A stretch of DNA of 64,000 bases from NCBI RefSeq assembly GCF_055900595.2, contig NZ_CM148325.1. One strand, written 5' to 3'. The first letter of the stretch is position 1. Each line of letters begins with the position of its first letter. Made by a program: the position numbers and the translations under genes. This document shows, piece after piece, positions 48,437 through 57,716 of the stretch. The notes below the pieces were generated by a model. That model was not told the DNA's origin, did not search any database, and saw nothing but the letters and a program-made list of their open reading frames with translations.

Positions 48437-48576
48437 AGCCCCTTGCTGACTCCCCGATTGTTGATGAGCGCCAGACCCCGCGCAATGCTTTCTCTTATGC
48501 AGTTTTCTCTTCCCCGAGTTGGCTCGCAAAACGCTGTAACAACCTGATCATTTGTACTTTTTAGCGGAACGCAGAT

Positions 48577-48607
48577 ATAAAAAATCCCCGGCTTTTTGGG
48601 CCAGGGA
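48577..48607 (-). terminator. intrinsic terminator downstream of yqiK
   Basis: minus-strand UCCCUGG-CCCAAAAAG-CCGGGGA followed by U6, about 20 bp after the yqiK stop. Confidence 0.6.
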
Positions 48608-48624
48608 TGTTCATAGTTGAAAAT

Positions 48625-50301
48625 TTATTCTATGTTTTCTGCGACGGGAGTTGTTGAGGTTAAGGGTGAAGTCAATGCCGCCAGTGAGCCGCCTGAAACG
48701 CCAATTTCATTGAGCAAGGAGTCAATCAGCGGTGCCTGTGTGCGGTAAGAAAGGGCGGCAGACAATGCCTGTTCTGCCAGGTTTCCGCCACTAACGCTGC
48801 CTGATGCCGCATCCCCCGCAGCACCACCTCGGTTTAATCCATCGACCTGAATAATCTTGATGCCGTCAATGGACTTCATCGGCTCAACGGATTTCTCTAT
48901 TACTGCAGGTAACGACTGTAATAGCGCCAGTTTGAATTTAAGGCTGGTTTGCTCGTCAGAAAGTACGTTGATAGCGTCGTTCAGCGCACGTTGCGCTTCT
49001 GCTTCCGCCAGGCCTTTTTTGCGTGTTGCTTCGGCTAACTCAACGATCGCCGCCGCCTGCATCTCTGCGGCTTCTTTCTCTGCGGCTTCTTTCTCTGCTT
49101 TCGCCCGCACGGTCAGTTCAACCGCTTTGGTTTCTGCATCCTGCGCGGCAGCGATTAGGGCAACTTGTTTAGCACGATCGGCTTCTGCGGTCTGGCGAGT
49201 GGTTTCTACGTTTTGCTGGGCGCTTACCGCTTCTGCAAGTGCAAGGTTGGCACGCGCTTCCGCTTGTGACTGCTGTTCCGATTTGGCGGCAATAGCGATC
49301 GATTTCGTCTGGTTGGCGATTTCGGTGACCTGCTGCTGTTCGATCTCTTTAATGCGAACTTCACGTTCAGCTTCAACTTTTCTGGAACGGACGACCTGTT
49401 CGCGGTCGATTTCCGTTTCCTGAATCTGTCGTTCAGCCAGAATTCGCGTCTGCTCTGCTTCCCGACGACGCTCGGCCTCAAAAGCCGCAATTTTCGCATT
49501 CTGCTCAGCGGTACGGGTTTTAACCTGCTGCTCCTGCTCAAGCGTCATAAACGCTTCTTGCTGTTCAATCTCCAGCTTCCGCGAAAGCGCATCACGGTTT
49601 TTCTCACGCACCGCAACTTCTACATCCTGTTCAACTTCGTTACGTTCGCGACGACGGCGCTCCGTCTCCTGCGTCAGCTTGGTTAAACCTTCGGCGTCAA
49701 AGGCGTTGTTAGGATTGAAATGTTCCTTCGACGTCTGGTTAAAGTTGGTAAGTGAAACGCTTTCCAGTTCCAGGCCGTTTTTCGACAGATCTTCAGCAAC
49801 GGTATTTTGTACGCCCTGCACGAAGTTCTCGCGGGTATCCTGTAACTCATGCATGGTCATTTGTGCAGCTGTTGCACGGAGGGCATCGACAAATTTATCT
49901 TCAACCAACATACGTAAGTCTTCAGGCGACAGGGTGCGTTGCCCCAGCGTCTGGGCGGCGGTGGCAATACCTTCCACTGACGGTTTTACCCGCACAAAGA
50001 AAGCGACAACGACATCGACGCGCATACGATCTTTCGTAATCAGGCTATCAATGGTTGAGCGGCTGACTTCCAGCTTCAGAGTATTCATATTGATGGGGAT
50101 TATTTCATGAAAGATCGGCATCACGATTGCGCCACCGCTCATTACCACTTTTTGCCCACCTAAACCAGTACGAACAAAAGCTTGCTCTGCCGAAGCGCGA
50201 CGATAGAGCCTGGCGAAAATAATTCCAATAATAAACAGAATGCATACGGCAATAATTGCGGTAAACATCCAGGAGGGCACAGAATTAACAATATCATCCA
50301 T
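48625..50301 (-). CDS. yqiK: SPFH/band-7 (flotillin-like) inner membrane protein YqiK
   Basis: 558 aa, N-terminal TM, SPFH domain, long E/A/R/Q-rich coiled coil. Confidence 0.9.
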   Translation of the reverse strand: MDDIVNSVPSWMFTAIIAVCILFIIGIIFARLYRRASAEQAFVRTGLGGQKVVMSGGAIVMPIFHEIIPINMNTLKLEVSRSTIDSLITKDRMRVDVVVAFFVRVKPSVEGIATAAQTLGQRTLSPEDLRMLVEDKFVDALRATAAQMTMHELQDTRENFVQGVQNTVAEDLSKNGLELESVSLTNFNQTSKEHFNPNNAFDAEGLTKLTQETERRRRERNEVEQDVEVAVREKNRDALSRKLEIEQQEAFMTLEQEQQVKTRTAEQNAKIAAFEAERRREAEQTRILAERQIQETEIDREQVVRSRKVEAEREVRIKEIEQQQVTEIANQTKSIAIAAKSEQQSQAEARANLALAEAVSAQQNVETTRQTAEADRAKQVALIAAAQDAETKAVELTVRAKAEKEAAEKEAAEMQAAAIVELAEATRKKGLAEAEAQRALNDAINVLSDEQTSLKFKLALLQSLPAVIEKSVEPMKSIDGIKIIQVDGLNRGGAAGDAASGSVSGGNLAEQALSAALSYRTQAPLIDSLLNEIGVSGGSLAALTSPLTSTTPVAENIE

Positions 50302-50327
50302 TATTAAATTTCCTTTTGATTAATAAA

Positions 50328-50957
50328 TTACAGTATTTGGGGCCAGGGTTTTTTTTTCGCCAAATATCGCGTTGCAGAAAGTCGGCAAATAATTAATACT
50401 TTGTCTCCTTTAGTGAAAGTTTTTTCTTCTTCAGGTTCCAGTAGTAAATAATGTATTTGGCCAAATTGATCGGTGAGTTTTCCTTCACAGGGGTTACCTG
50501 AAGTGGCCTGATGTCCGGTAATTAATGCCATGCAGCCAATATATTCTTCTTCTGTAATAGCTGAACTATGGTCGCGTGGAATCCAGGGCGCAACTATTTT
50601 ACCGGTATAATGCACCGCAATAATCGTTAGCAGTAAACTGACAGGAACCACAAACAGATTTGTGAGTGGTGATTGCCAGACCATGATGCAGACCTGCTGT
50701 AGCAGGATGCCAATAAGGCCAAAAAAACCAGCATGTAAGCAGAGAACGACGAGAGCTGGCAATCTTCCAAAATTGAGATAATGAAGTGCCTGGCTAATAT
50801 GACCTGTGGTTATGGAATCATAATGGTCAAGATGTGCATCAAGAGCACCGGAAAGCATGTGACCGCAGATAAGTGCAAAAATTTCTAAAAGGCCGATCAA
50901 AAGTACAAAAGAAATAGCGAAAAGATAAGGGGTGTTATAGTCAGCGAATAAAATCAT
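50328..50957 (-). CDS. yqiJ: NfeD-like membrane protein YqiJ
   Basis: 209 aa multi-TM ORF immediately upstream of yqiK (NfeD-SPFH operon arrangement). Confidence 0.88.
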   Translation of the reverse strand: MILFADYNTPYLFAISFVLLIGLLEIFALICGHMLSGALDAHLDHYDSITTGHISQALHYLNFGRLPALVVLCLHAGFFGLIGILLQQVCIMVWQSPLTNLFVVPVSLLLTIIAVHYTGKIVAPWIPRDHSSAITEEEYIGCMALITGHQATSGNPCEGKLTDQFGQIHYLLLEPEEEKTFTKGDKVLIICRLSATRYLAKKKPWPQIL

Positions 50958-51226
50958 ATGTCACTCCAATGTCCATTTAGTGACGCAATATTTATTTTGC
51001 GATAATTTCCTTGCTTACATTTATCTTTGTTAATAATAACACATGTTAGCGATGTTCTGAAAGAGAAAGTCTTTTAATGTTGTTTTTTTATTTTTCACTA
51101 AAAAGTGTGATCGGGAACAATATATTTACGCACGTTATGTTTAAAGGCACTACACTGATTGGGGAATACTGAAATCAGAAAAAGCATATGGCCTTAAAAG
51201 GTATGCGATAACCGGAGGATGTGCTT

Positions 51227-51427
51227 ATGGATCATAGTCTTAATTCTTTAAATAACTTCGATTTCCTGGCGCGTAGTTTTGCCAGAATGCACGCAGAAGG
51301 TCGCCCGGTCGATATTCTGGCCGTTACTGGTAACATGGATGAAGAACATAGAACCTGGTTTTGCGCACGTTATGCCTGGTATTGCCAACAGATGATGCAA
51401 ACCAGAGAACTGGAATTAGAACATTGA
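51227..51427 (+). CDS. glgS: surface composition / glycogen synthesis regulator GlgS
   Basis: ATG at 51227 after GGAGG RBS, 66 aa [18 protein letters not shown]...; ORF track starts two codons earlier at GTG. Confidence 0.9.
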
Positions 51428-51431
51428 TATT

Positions 51432-51453
51432 ACGGGCCGTCTGGCCCGTTTTT
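51432..51453. terminator. hairpin terminator between convergent glgS and ubiK
   Basis: ACGGGCC-GTCT-GGCCCGT followed by TTTT on plus. Confidence 0.55.
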
Positions 51454-51461
51454 GTGGTGCT

Positions 51462-51761
51462 TTATTCTGCTTTATCAACCGGCGGGATAGCTGGAGGAGA
51501 TTGAAGTTCTGCTACCGGATTATTGCGCGCTTCCAGTTCGCTGATGCGTTGTTCCAGTAACGCCAGTTTTTCACGAGTCCGTAACAGGACTTGCGTCTGA
51601 ACGTCGAATTCTTCGCGGCTTACCAGATCGAGACGCGTCAACTGCGCTTGTAGGGTTTGGCGGATTTTTTTCTCCACATCTTCCCCGAACTCCCTGATTC
51701 CTTTAGGCATTGATTCGTGAACCTGGCGAGCGATTTGCTCAATTTTTTTCGGGTCAATCAT
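51462..51761 (-). CDS. ubiK: ubiquinone biosynthesis accessory factor UbiK (YqiC)
   Basis: start at ATG for [19 protein letters not shown] (99 aa) after AGGGA RBS; coiled-coil BMFP-like. Confidence 0.85.
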   Translation of the reverse strand: MIDPKKIEQIARQVHESMPKGIREFGEDVEKKIRQTLQAQLTRLDLVSREEFDVQTQVLLRTREKLALLEQRISELEARNNPVAELQSPPAIPPVDKAE

Positions 51762-51882
51762 TGTAGTTTCCCTGTACTGATAGGTGTTGAGTGCCATTGT
51801 AGTGCGATAAGGGTAAGTCATAAACCAGAATTATGTGAAGCTATGCGTTGCTGCCGCTAATCATTAGCGTTATAGTGAATCC

Positions 51883-52134
51883 GCTTATTCTCAGGGCGGG
51901 GCGAAATTCCCCACCGGCGGTAAATCAACTCAGTTGAAAGCCCGCGAGCGCTTTGGGTGCGAACTCAAAGGACAGCAGATCCGGTGTAATTCCGGGGCCG
52001 ACGGTTAGAGTCCGGATGGGAGAGAGTAACGATTCTGTCGGGCATGGACCCGCTCACGTTATTTTGGCTATATGCCGCCACTCCTAAGACTGCCCTGATT
52101 CTGGTAACCATAATTTTAGTGAGGTTTTTTTACC
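51883..52134 (+). promoter_or_regulatory. sroG: FMN riboswitch (RFN element) and expression platform in the ribB leader
   Basis: CAGGGCGGGGCGAAATTCCCCACCGGCGGTAAA...CCGACGGTTAGAGTCCGGATGGGAGAGAGTAACG matches conserved RFN aptamer blocks directly upstream of ribB. Confidence 0.85.
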
Positions 52135-52788
52135 ATGAATCAGACGCTACTTTCCTCTTTTGGTACGCCTTTCGAACGTGTTGAAAATGCACTGGCTGCG
52201 CTGCGTGAAGGACGCGGTGTAATGGTGCTTGATGATGAAGACCGTGAAAACGAAGGCGATATGATCTTCCCGGCAGAAACCATGACCGTTGAGCAGATGG
52301 CGCTGACCATTCGCCACGGTAGCGGTATTGTTTGCCTGTGCATTACTGAAGATCGCCGTAAACAACTCGATCTGCCAATGATGGTAGAAAATAACACCAG
52401 CGCCTATGGCACCGGTTTTACCGTGACCATTGAAGCGGCTGAAGGTGTGACTACCGGTGTTTCTGCCGCTGACCGTATTACTACCGTTCGCGCAGCGATT
52501 GCCGATGGCGCAAAACCTTCTGATCTGAATCGTCCTGGCCACGTTTTCCCACTGCGCGCGCAGGCGGGTGGTGTGCTGACGCGTGGCGGCCATACTGAAG
52601 CGACTATTGATCTGATGACGCTGGCAGGCTTTAAACCGGCTGGTGTGCTGTGTGAGCTGACTAATGACGATGGCACGATGGCGCGTGCACCAGAGTGCAT
52701 TGAGTTTGCCAATAAACACAATATGGCGCTCGTGACTATTGAAGACCTGGTGGCATACCGTCAGGCACATGAGCGTAAAGCTAGCTGA
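52135..52788 (+). CDS. ribB: 3,4-dihydroxy-2-butanone 4-phosphate synthase RibB
   Basis: 217 aa, DRENEGD motif. Confidence 0.95.
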   Translation: MNQTLLSSFGTPFERVENALAALREGRGVMVLDDEDRENEGDMIFPAETMTVEQMALTIRHGSGIVCLCITEDRRKQLDLPMMVENNTSAYGTGFTVTIEAAEGVTTGVSAADRITTVRAAIADGAKPSDLNRPGHVFPLRAQAGGVLTRGGHTEATIDLMTLAGFKPAGVLCELTNDDGTMARAPECIEFANKHNMALVTIEDLVAYRQAHERKAS

Positions 52789-52826
52789 AAACCGCTGCTT
52801 AATTTACCGCGTTAATCAATAAATAT

Positions 52827-52850
52827 CCTCCGGCATAGCCGGAGGTTTTT
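52827..52850 (+). terminator. ribB intrinsic terminator
   Basis: CCTCCGGC-ATA-GCCGGAGG followed by TTTTT. Confidence 0.7.
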
Positions 52851-52868
52851 CAAATGCGCCTGTAAGGC

Positions 52869-53575
52869 TCTGTTACCAGCCGCGCCCTAACAGGCGCATA
52901 CGATCTGACATTTGCATTCAACTTCGTTACTTACGGCCCGTAAACGGGCTGCCCGGATATGGAATCGATAACTGCTCCCCCATTTTATCCTCTTCAAGCT
53001 GGTGCTTTATGTAGTCCTGTATCTTCGCCGTGTTCTTACCCACCGTATCGACATAGTACCCTCGGCACCAGAACTCCCTGTTTCTGTATTTGAATTTCAA
53101 ATCCCCAAACTGCTCGTAAAGCATCAGACTGCTTTTCCCTTTCAGATATCCCATAAAGCCGGATACGCTCATTTTGGGTGGGATTTCCACAAGCATATGG
53201 ATATGATCTGCGCAGCACTCTGCTTCCAGAATCCGTACGCTTTTCCACTCACACAGCTTTCTCAAAATACTGCCTATCGCCCTACGCTTCTCTCCGTAAA
53301 ACGCCAGTCTTCGGTATTTCGGCGCAAAAACTATGTGATATTTACAGTTCCAGCGGGTGTGCGCTAAGCTCTTTTCGTCCCCCATTGGGACCCCCTTTTG
53401 ATTTCTTGTTTGACACTTGCAGTTGCCAGACCGCAAGGTGTTTTAACAAATCAAAAGGGGTTTTAATAACTGGCTCAAAGCTGAAAGCTTTCCGGAACCC
53501 CCAGCCTAGCTGGGGGTTTTCTGTGCACAAGAAACCGAAGCTATTACTGGCTTCGGTTTTTATTTTGCTCTTGTT
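52869..53575. mobile_element. IS200 copy (about 0.7 kb)
   Basis: 152 aa IS200-type TnpA plus characteristic structured left end: terminator hairpin AAACCGAAGC...GCTTCGGTTT (53532-53559), hairpin AACCCCCAGC...GCTGGGGGTT, and a long stem pairing with the RBS; boundaries estimated from the expected ~707 bp size. Confidence 0.75.
52927..53385 (-). CDS. tnpA: IS200 transposase TnpA (Y1 HuH)
   Basis: start at ATG for MGDEKSLAHTRWNCKYHIVFAPKYRR; HIHMLVEIPP HuH motif; 152 aa. Confidence 0.9.
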   Translation of the reverse strand: MGDEKSLAHTRWNCKYHIVFAPKYRRLAFYGEKRRAIGSILRKLCEWKSVRILEAECCADHIHMLVEIPPKMSVSGFMGYLKGKSSLMLYEQFGDLKFKYRNREFWCRGYYVDTVGKNTAKIQDYIKHQLEEDKMGEQLSIPYPGSPFTGRK

Positions 53576-53761
53576 ATGCAAGATGTTAATTCCTCTTCTC
53601 TTTCTATGAGAAAATTTCATTAATATCAGGCATTCTTTTCCATTATGATCAAAATCATATAATTGTTCCGTTATTATGCGACCATATGAATATATCCGAA
53701 AAAGGATATGTGAATTTTATGCGCTAAATGTTTAGTATTGTTAAATATTAAGGGTAAAAGG

Positions 53762-53932
53762 ATGTTTATCGCCTGGTACTGGATTGTATTGATTGCTCTG
53801 GTTGTGGTGGGTTATTTACTGCATTTGAAACGTTATTGTCGGGCGTTTCGTCAGGACAGAGACGCACTGCTTGAAGCGCGGAATAAATACTTAAACAGTA
53901 CGAGAGAAGAGACAGCCGAGAAGGTAGAATAG
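53762..53932 (+). CDS. small (56 aa) single-TM protein, unassigned
   Basis: ATG at 53762 after AAGGG RBS; MFIAWYWIVLIALVVVGYLLHL TM helix then charged tail; terminator hairpin downstream. Confidence 0.5.
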   Translation: MFIAWYWIVLIALVVVGYLLHLKRYCRAFRQDRDALLEARNKYLNSTREETAEKVE

Positions 53933-53949
53933 GGCTTTAGTGAAGCTGG

Positions 53950-53980
53950 CAGAAGTTGTCCATGCGCTGGACAACTTCTG
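53950..53980. terminator. bidirectional hairpin terminator (small ORF / zupT)
   Basis: CAGAAGTTGTCC-ATGCGCTG-GGACAACTTCTG perfect 12 bp stem. Confidence 0.6.
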
Positions 53981-53989
53981 ATGTTGCTT

Positions 53990-54763
53990 TTAACCAATTC
54001 CCGCCGTTTGTAGTAGCACTAAACTGAATCCCATCACTGACATTCCACATAGCACGCCATAGCTGGGGTTATTATTGGGGTCAATCTCTTTAGCTAGCGG
54101 CATTAATTCATCAACCGAGAGCGCCACCATAATTCCTGCAACCGCCGCCATGATTGCCGCCATGACCACCGGAGAAATCATGCTACCGAGGATTAACCAC
54201 GCCAGAACACCACCAAGAATTTCTGCCAGCCCAGAAATGCCCGCCCACAAAATTGCGGTGCGTTTTGACCCCGTTGCCGCGTAAACCGGCCCCGCAACTG
54301 CCAGACCTTCAGGAATATTATGCAATGCAACAGCCAGCGCGATGCCAAAGCCCAGCTCCAGGTTACTGCTCGCCGTGACAAAGGTGGCAATGCCTTCCGG
54401 GAAGTTATGCAGACTGATGCCGAGAGTGAGCAGAATGGCTGTGCGCTTGATCGATTTTGGCAACGGCTGCACCGATTTTTGCATTAAATCCTGCGGATGC
54501 GCATGTGGCAACATGCGGTCCAGACCAAAATAGCCAAGCAGACCGAAGATAAACATTCCATAACCCAGCACAGGCGACATTCCTTCGGCGGCTAATGCGG
54601 CAGGAAGCATTTCCATTAATGAGATGAGCAACATAATCCCCGCCGCAAATCCTAGCGAAAACGCCAGTAAGCGGTTCGAGGGTTTTTGTCCGAGAACGCC
54701 GAGAAACGCGCCAATAAACGTGGCTGCCCCCGCCAGTATGGTCAGAATGAGAGGTACTGACAT
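53990..54763 (-). CDS. zupT: ZIP-family zinc transporter ZupT
   Basis: start at ATG for [20 protein letters not shown] (257 aa) after GGAG RBS. Confidence 0.92.
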
Positions 54764-54905
54764 CGACAACTCCTTATAAATCTTTACCTTCAGGCAGATC
54801 GTCAAAATAACTGATGATCATCATCATTGTTATCCGGGTTCTTACTCCGCCGAACAAGCGTATTGTGAGGATATCAAAATGACACCTTTAGTTAAGGATA
54901 TCATC

Positions 54906-55694
54906 ATGTCTTCAACACGTATGCCAGCATTGTTTTTAGGTCACGGTAGTCCGATGAACGTGCTGGAAGATAATTTGTATACCCGCAGCTGGCAGAAGTT
55001 GGGGATGACATTGCCACGCCCGCAAGCGATTGTTGTGGTTTCGGCTCACTGGTTTACCCGTGGAACTGGAGTGACCGCGATGGAGACGCCGCCCACGATT
55101 CATGATTTTGGCGGTTTTCCGCAGGCGCTGTACGACACCCATTATCCTGCTCCGGGTTCGCCTGCGCTGGCACAGCGTCTGGTTGAGCTGTTAGCGCCGG
55201 TCCCTGTGACGCTGGATAAAGAAGCCTGGGGCTTTGACCACGGTTCCTGGGGCGTGCTGATTAAGATGTATCCTGACGCCGATATCCCGATGGTGCAGTT
55301 GAGTATCGACAGTACCAAACCTGCCGCCTGGCACTTTGAGATGGGGCGTAAACTGGCGGCTCTGCGAGACGAAGGAATAATGTTGGTCGCCAGCGGTAAC
55401 GTGGTGCATAACCTGCGTACGGTGAAGTGGCACGGTGATAGTTCACCGTATCCTTGGGCGATGTCGTTTAATGAGTATGTGAAAGCGAATCTGACGTGGC
55501 AAGGACCGGTAGAACAGCATCCTCTGGTGAATTATCTCGACCATGAAGGTGGCGCGTTATCGAACCCAACGCCAGAGCACTATCTGCCGTTGTTGTATGT
55601 CTTAGGTGCGTGGGATGGGCAGGAGCCAATTACCATTCCGGTCGATGGTATAGAAATGGGCAGTTTAAGTATGTTGTCGGTGCAGATAGGCTAA
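54906..55694 (+). CDS. ygiD: extradiol ring-cleavage dioxygenase class III (4,5-DOPA dioxygenase-like) YgiD
   Basis: ATG at 54906 after AAGGA RBS (262 aa); an in-frame ATG at 54879 would give 271 aa. Confidence 0.85.
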   Translation: MSSTRMPALFLGHGSPMNVLEDNLYTRSWQKLGMTLPRPQAIVVVSAHWFTRGTGVTAMETPPTIHDFGGFPQALYDTHYPAPGSPALAQRLVELLAPVPVTLDKEAWGFDHGSWGVLIKMYPDADIPMVQLSIDSTKPAAWHFEMGRKLAALRDEGIMLVASGNVVHNLRTVKWHGDSSPYPWAMSFNEYVKANLTWQGPVEQHPLVNYLDHEGGALSNPTPEHYLPLLYVLGAWDGQEPITIPVDGIEMGSLSMLSVQIG

Positions 55695-55698
55695 TAAT

Positions 55699-55724
55699 TA
55701 CCGGATGGCGAGTGCCATCCGGTA
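55699..55724. terminator. bidirectional hairpin terminator (ygiD / ygiC)
   Basis: ACCGGATGGC-GAGT-GCCATCCGGT perfect 10 bp stem. Confidence 0.6.
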
Positions 55725-55731
55725 TCATGGC

Positions 55732-56892
55732 TTATTCAACAAAAATATGTGGATAAAACCGAGACATATCCTGGGTGATCAATGCACGGTCTTCACGAAT
55801 GCCAATTCCGGCAGGTTGATCGTTCACCAGCCAGCTACCAATCAGCATATAGCTATCGCCGAATTTTGGTAACGGGTGGAATTGCTGAACAATCATCCCT
55901 TCTTCGCCATACGGACCTTCTGCTGCTTCAATGGTTTTGCCGTTCTCAATGATCGACACGTTTGCGCCTTCACGGGAGAAGATCGGTTTAACCACATATT
56001 TTTCCATTTGCGGATGATCATCTTCCGCAAAATAAGCGGGCAGCAGGTTCGGGTGATTCGGGAACATCTCCCACAGTAGCGGCAGAAGCGCTTTGTTGGA
56101 GATAATGCTCTTCCACGCCGGTTCCAGCCAGCGTACGCCTGCATCCTCCAGCTTGGTGGAGAACATCTCACGCAGCATAAATTCCCACGGATACAGCTTG
56201 AACAGGTTAGAAATCACCTGATCCTGTAAATCCGTGAACTGACCTTTTTCGCCTAAACCGATATCGTCGATGTAGAGGAATTCAGTAGCGATTTCAGCTT
56301 CTGTCGCGCAGTCCTGCAAATACTGAATGGTTCCGCGATCTTCCACCGTGTCGCGACAGCAGGTGAGATGCAGCAACTGGAAGCCATACTGTTCACGCAG
56401 CTGGACAAAGCGATCGATCAGCTTCTCTTGCAGACTGTTAAACTGGTCGCTGCCTTCCGGCAGGTTACCGGCGTTAAGCTGATCTTCCAGCCAGATCCAC
56501 TGAAAGAATGCGGCTTCATACAGTGACGTTGGCGTATCGGCGTTATTTTCCAGAAGTTTAGGTTCGCCAGTACCATCCCACGCCAGATCAAGACGCGAAT
56601 AAAGCGATGGCTGGTGAGTCAGCCATGACTGGCGCACAAAACTCCAGGTGTGTTTTGGAATGCGGAATTTGGTCATCAGCTCATCGCTGGCGATCACTTT
56701 TTCAACCACTTTCAGGCACATCTGGTGCAGTTCGGCGGTGACTTCTTCCAGCTTTTCAACCTGGGAGAGGGTCAACTTGTAGTAAGCATCTTCACACCAG
56801 TATGGCTCTCCGTACATGGTGTGAAAATTGAAACCGTATTCGTGGGCTTTTTCGCGCCAGTCCGGACGCTCGGTAATACTGACTCTTTCCAT
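55732..56892 (-). CDS. ygiC: glutathionylspermidine synthase-like ATP-grasp protein YgiC
   Basis: 386 aa. Confidence 0.9.
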   Translation of the reverse strand: MERVSITERPDWREKAHEYGFNFHTMYGEPYWCEDAYYKLTLSQVEKLEEVTAELHQMCLKVVEKVIASDELMTKFRIPKHTWSFVRQSWLTHQPSLYSRLDLAWDGTGEPKLLENNADTPTSLYEAAFFQWIWLEDQLNAGNLPEGSDQFNSLQEKLIDRFVQLREQYGFQLLHLTCCRDTVEDRGTIQYLQDCATEAEIATEFLYIDDIGLGEKGQFTDLQDQVISNLFKLYPWEFMLREMFSTKLEDAGVRWLEPAWKSIISNKALLPLLWEMFPNHPNLLPAYFAEDDHPQMEKYVVKPIFSREGANVSIIENGKTIEAAEGPYGEEGMIVQQFHPLPKFGDSYMLIGSWLVNDQPAGIGIREDRALITQDMSRFYPHIFVE

Positions 56893-56897
56893 CGGTA

Positions 56898-57569
56898 TCA
56901 GCCACCCATTGAACGAGAAGAGGTGCCAGTTGCGCTACGCTGCATGGTGCTTTGTTTGGCAACAGATTCACCAAAGCCACCGCGGGTAACGGTAGTGGTG
57001 GTCGCCGGTTTCGGTGCCATGGCTGTCTTCGGTACGGTCATGGTGCGGCCTGGCTGCGCTGCGCCATAGTTTTTACCGGTGGCATCAGTATATTTACCGT
57101 AAGCCGGGCTGGCTGGGTTTTTCGAGGAGAACAGCGGCTGTTGTGCAAAGCCCGCGCCGCCGCCCATCAGACGCCCCATCATGTAACCGGCCATCAGCGG
57201 CATCCAGAAACTCCCGCTGGATTGCTGGGCCTGCGCCTGGTTTTCTGGTGCCATACCAGCCTGGGCTGGTGCCTGCTGGCACTGGCCTTCGCCAAATTCA
57301 GCAATACAGTCTTCACGAGTGGCGTATTTCGGCGCAGTACGTTCGGCTTCTTTCAGCGCATTGTTGTACGCAGTGGTACATTCTGCGCTTTTGCCTGGGT
57401 TTGCGGCTGAGCAGTCATCAGCATTTTGATACAGAGACACTGTCTCATCACTCTTTTCACAGCCTGCCAGCATAAAAACAGTGGCAACAGCAAGAGCGAC
57501 AGGTGTCAGATGGCGTGCGCTCCAGTTTTTGCGGAACGATGCGTGGCGTATGGATTTTGTCCGTTTCAT
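56898..57569 (-). CDS. ygiB: DUF1190 lipoprotein YgiB
   Basis: start at ATG for [12 protein letters not shown] (223 aa); lipobox LAGC. Confidence 0.86.
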   Translation of the reverse strand: MKRTKSIRHASFRKNWSARHLTPVALAVATVFMLAGCEKSDETVSLYQNADDCSAANPGKSAECTTAYNNALKEAERTAPKYATREDCIAEFGEGQCQQAPAQAGMAPENQAQAQQSSGSFWMPLMAGYMMGRLMGGGAGFAQQPLFSSKNPASPAYGKYTDATGKNYGAAQPGRTMTVPKTAMAPKPATTTTVTRGGFGESVAKQSTMQRSATGTSSRSMGG

Positions 57570-57716
57570 TTTTGTCTTCCGGGACCAGTGGTAAATACCC
57601 ATCAGAATAGAGGATGGCTGGTCGAAATTGAAGCGGGAAGGGGGAAGAATGCGGCAGATAACCCGTATCTTTACGTTGCCTTACGTTCAGACGGGGCCGA
57701 AGCCCCGTCGTCAGCA

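Larger units (their letters stand above)
47887..48615. repeat. two tandem ~377 bp direct repeats (sib/ibs type I toxin-antitoxin units)
   Basis: near-identical blocks at 47887-48263 and 48264-48615, each with the same promoter-like element, 19-codon ORF and hairpins. Confidence 0.85.

Noticed and set aside
47991-48564. plus-strand ORFs of 101 and 65 aa beginning MMTNFIITLS in each repeat copy
   Set aside because: They are the reverse reading of the ibs peptide region (the ATGATG...CATCAT quasi-palindrome), run through the Sib terminator hairpins and lack an RBS; the plus strand here is interpreted as the noncoding Sib RNA.
47887-48615. possible CRISPR array
   Set aside because: Only two copies with a ~377 bp period and internal promoter/ORF/terminator structure; no short direct repeats alternating with unique spacers anywhere in the window.
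52147-52770. 207 aa minus-strand ORF
   Set aside because: Entirely antisense within ribB; no independent start context.
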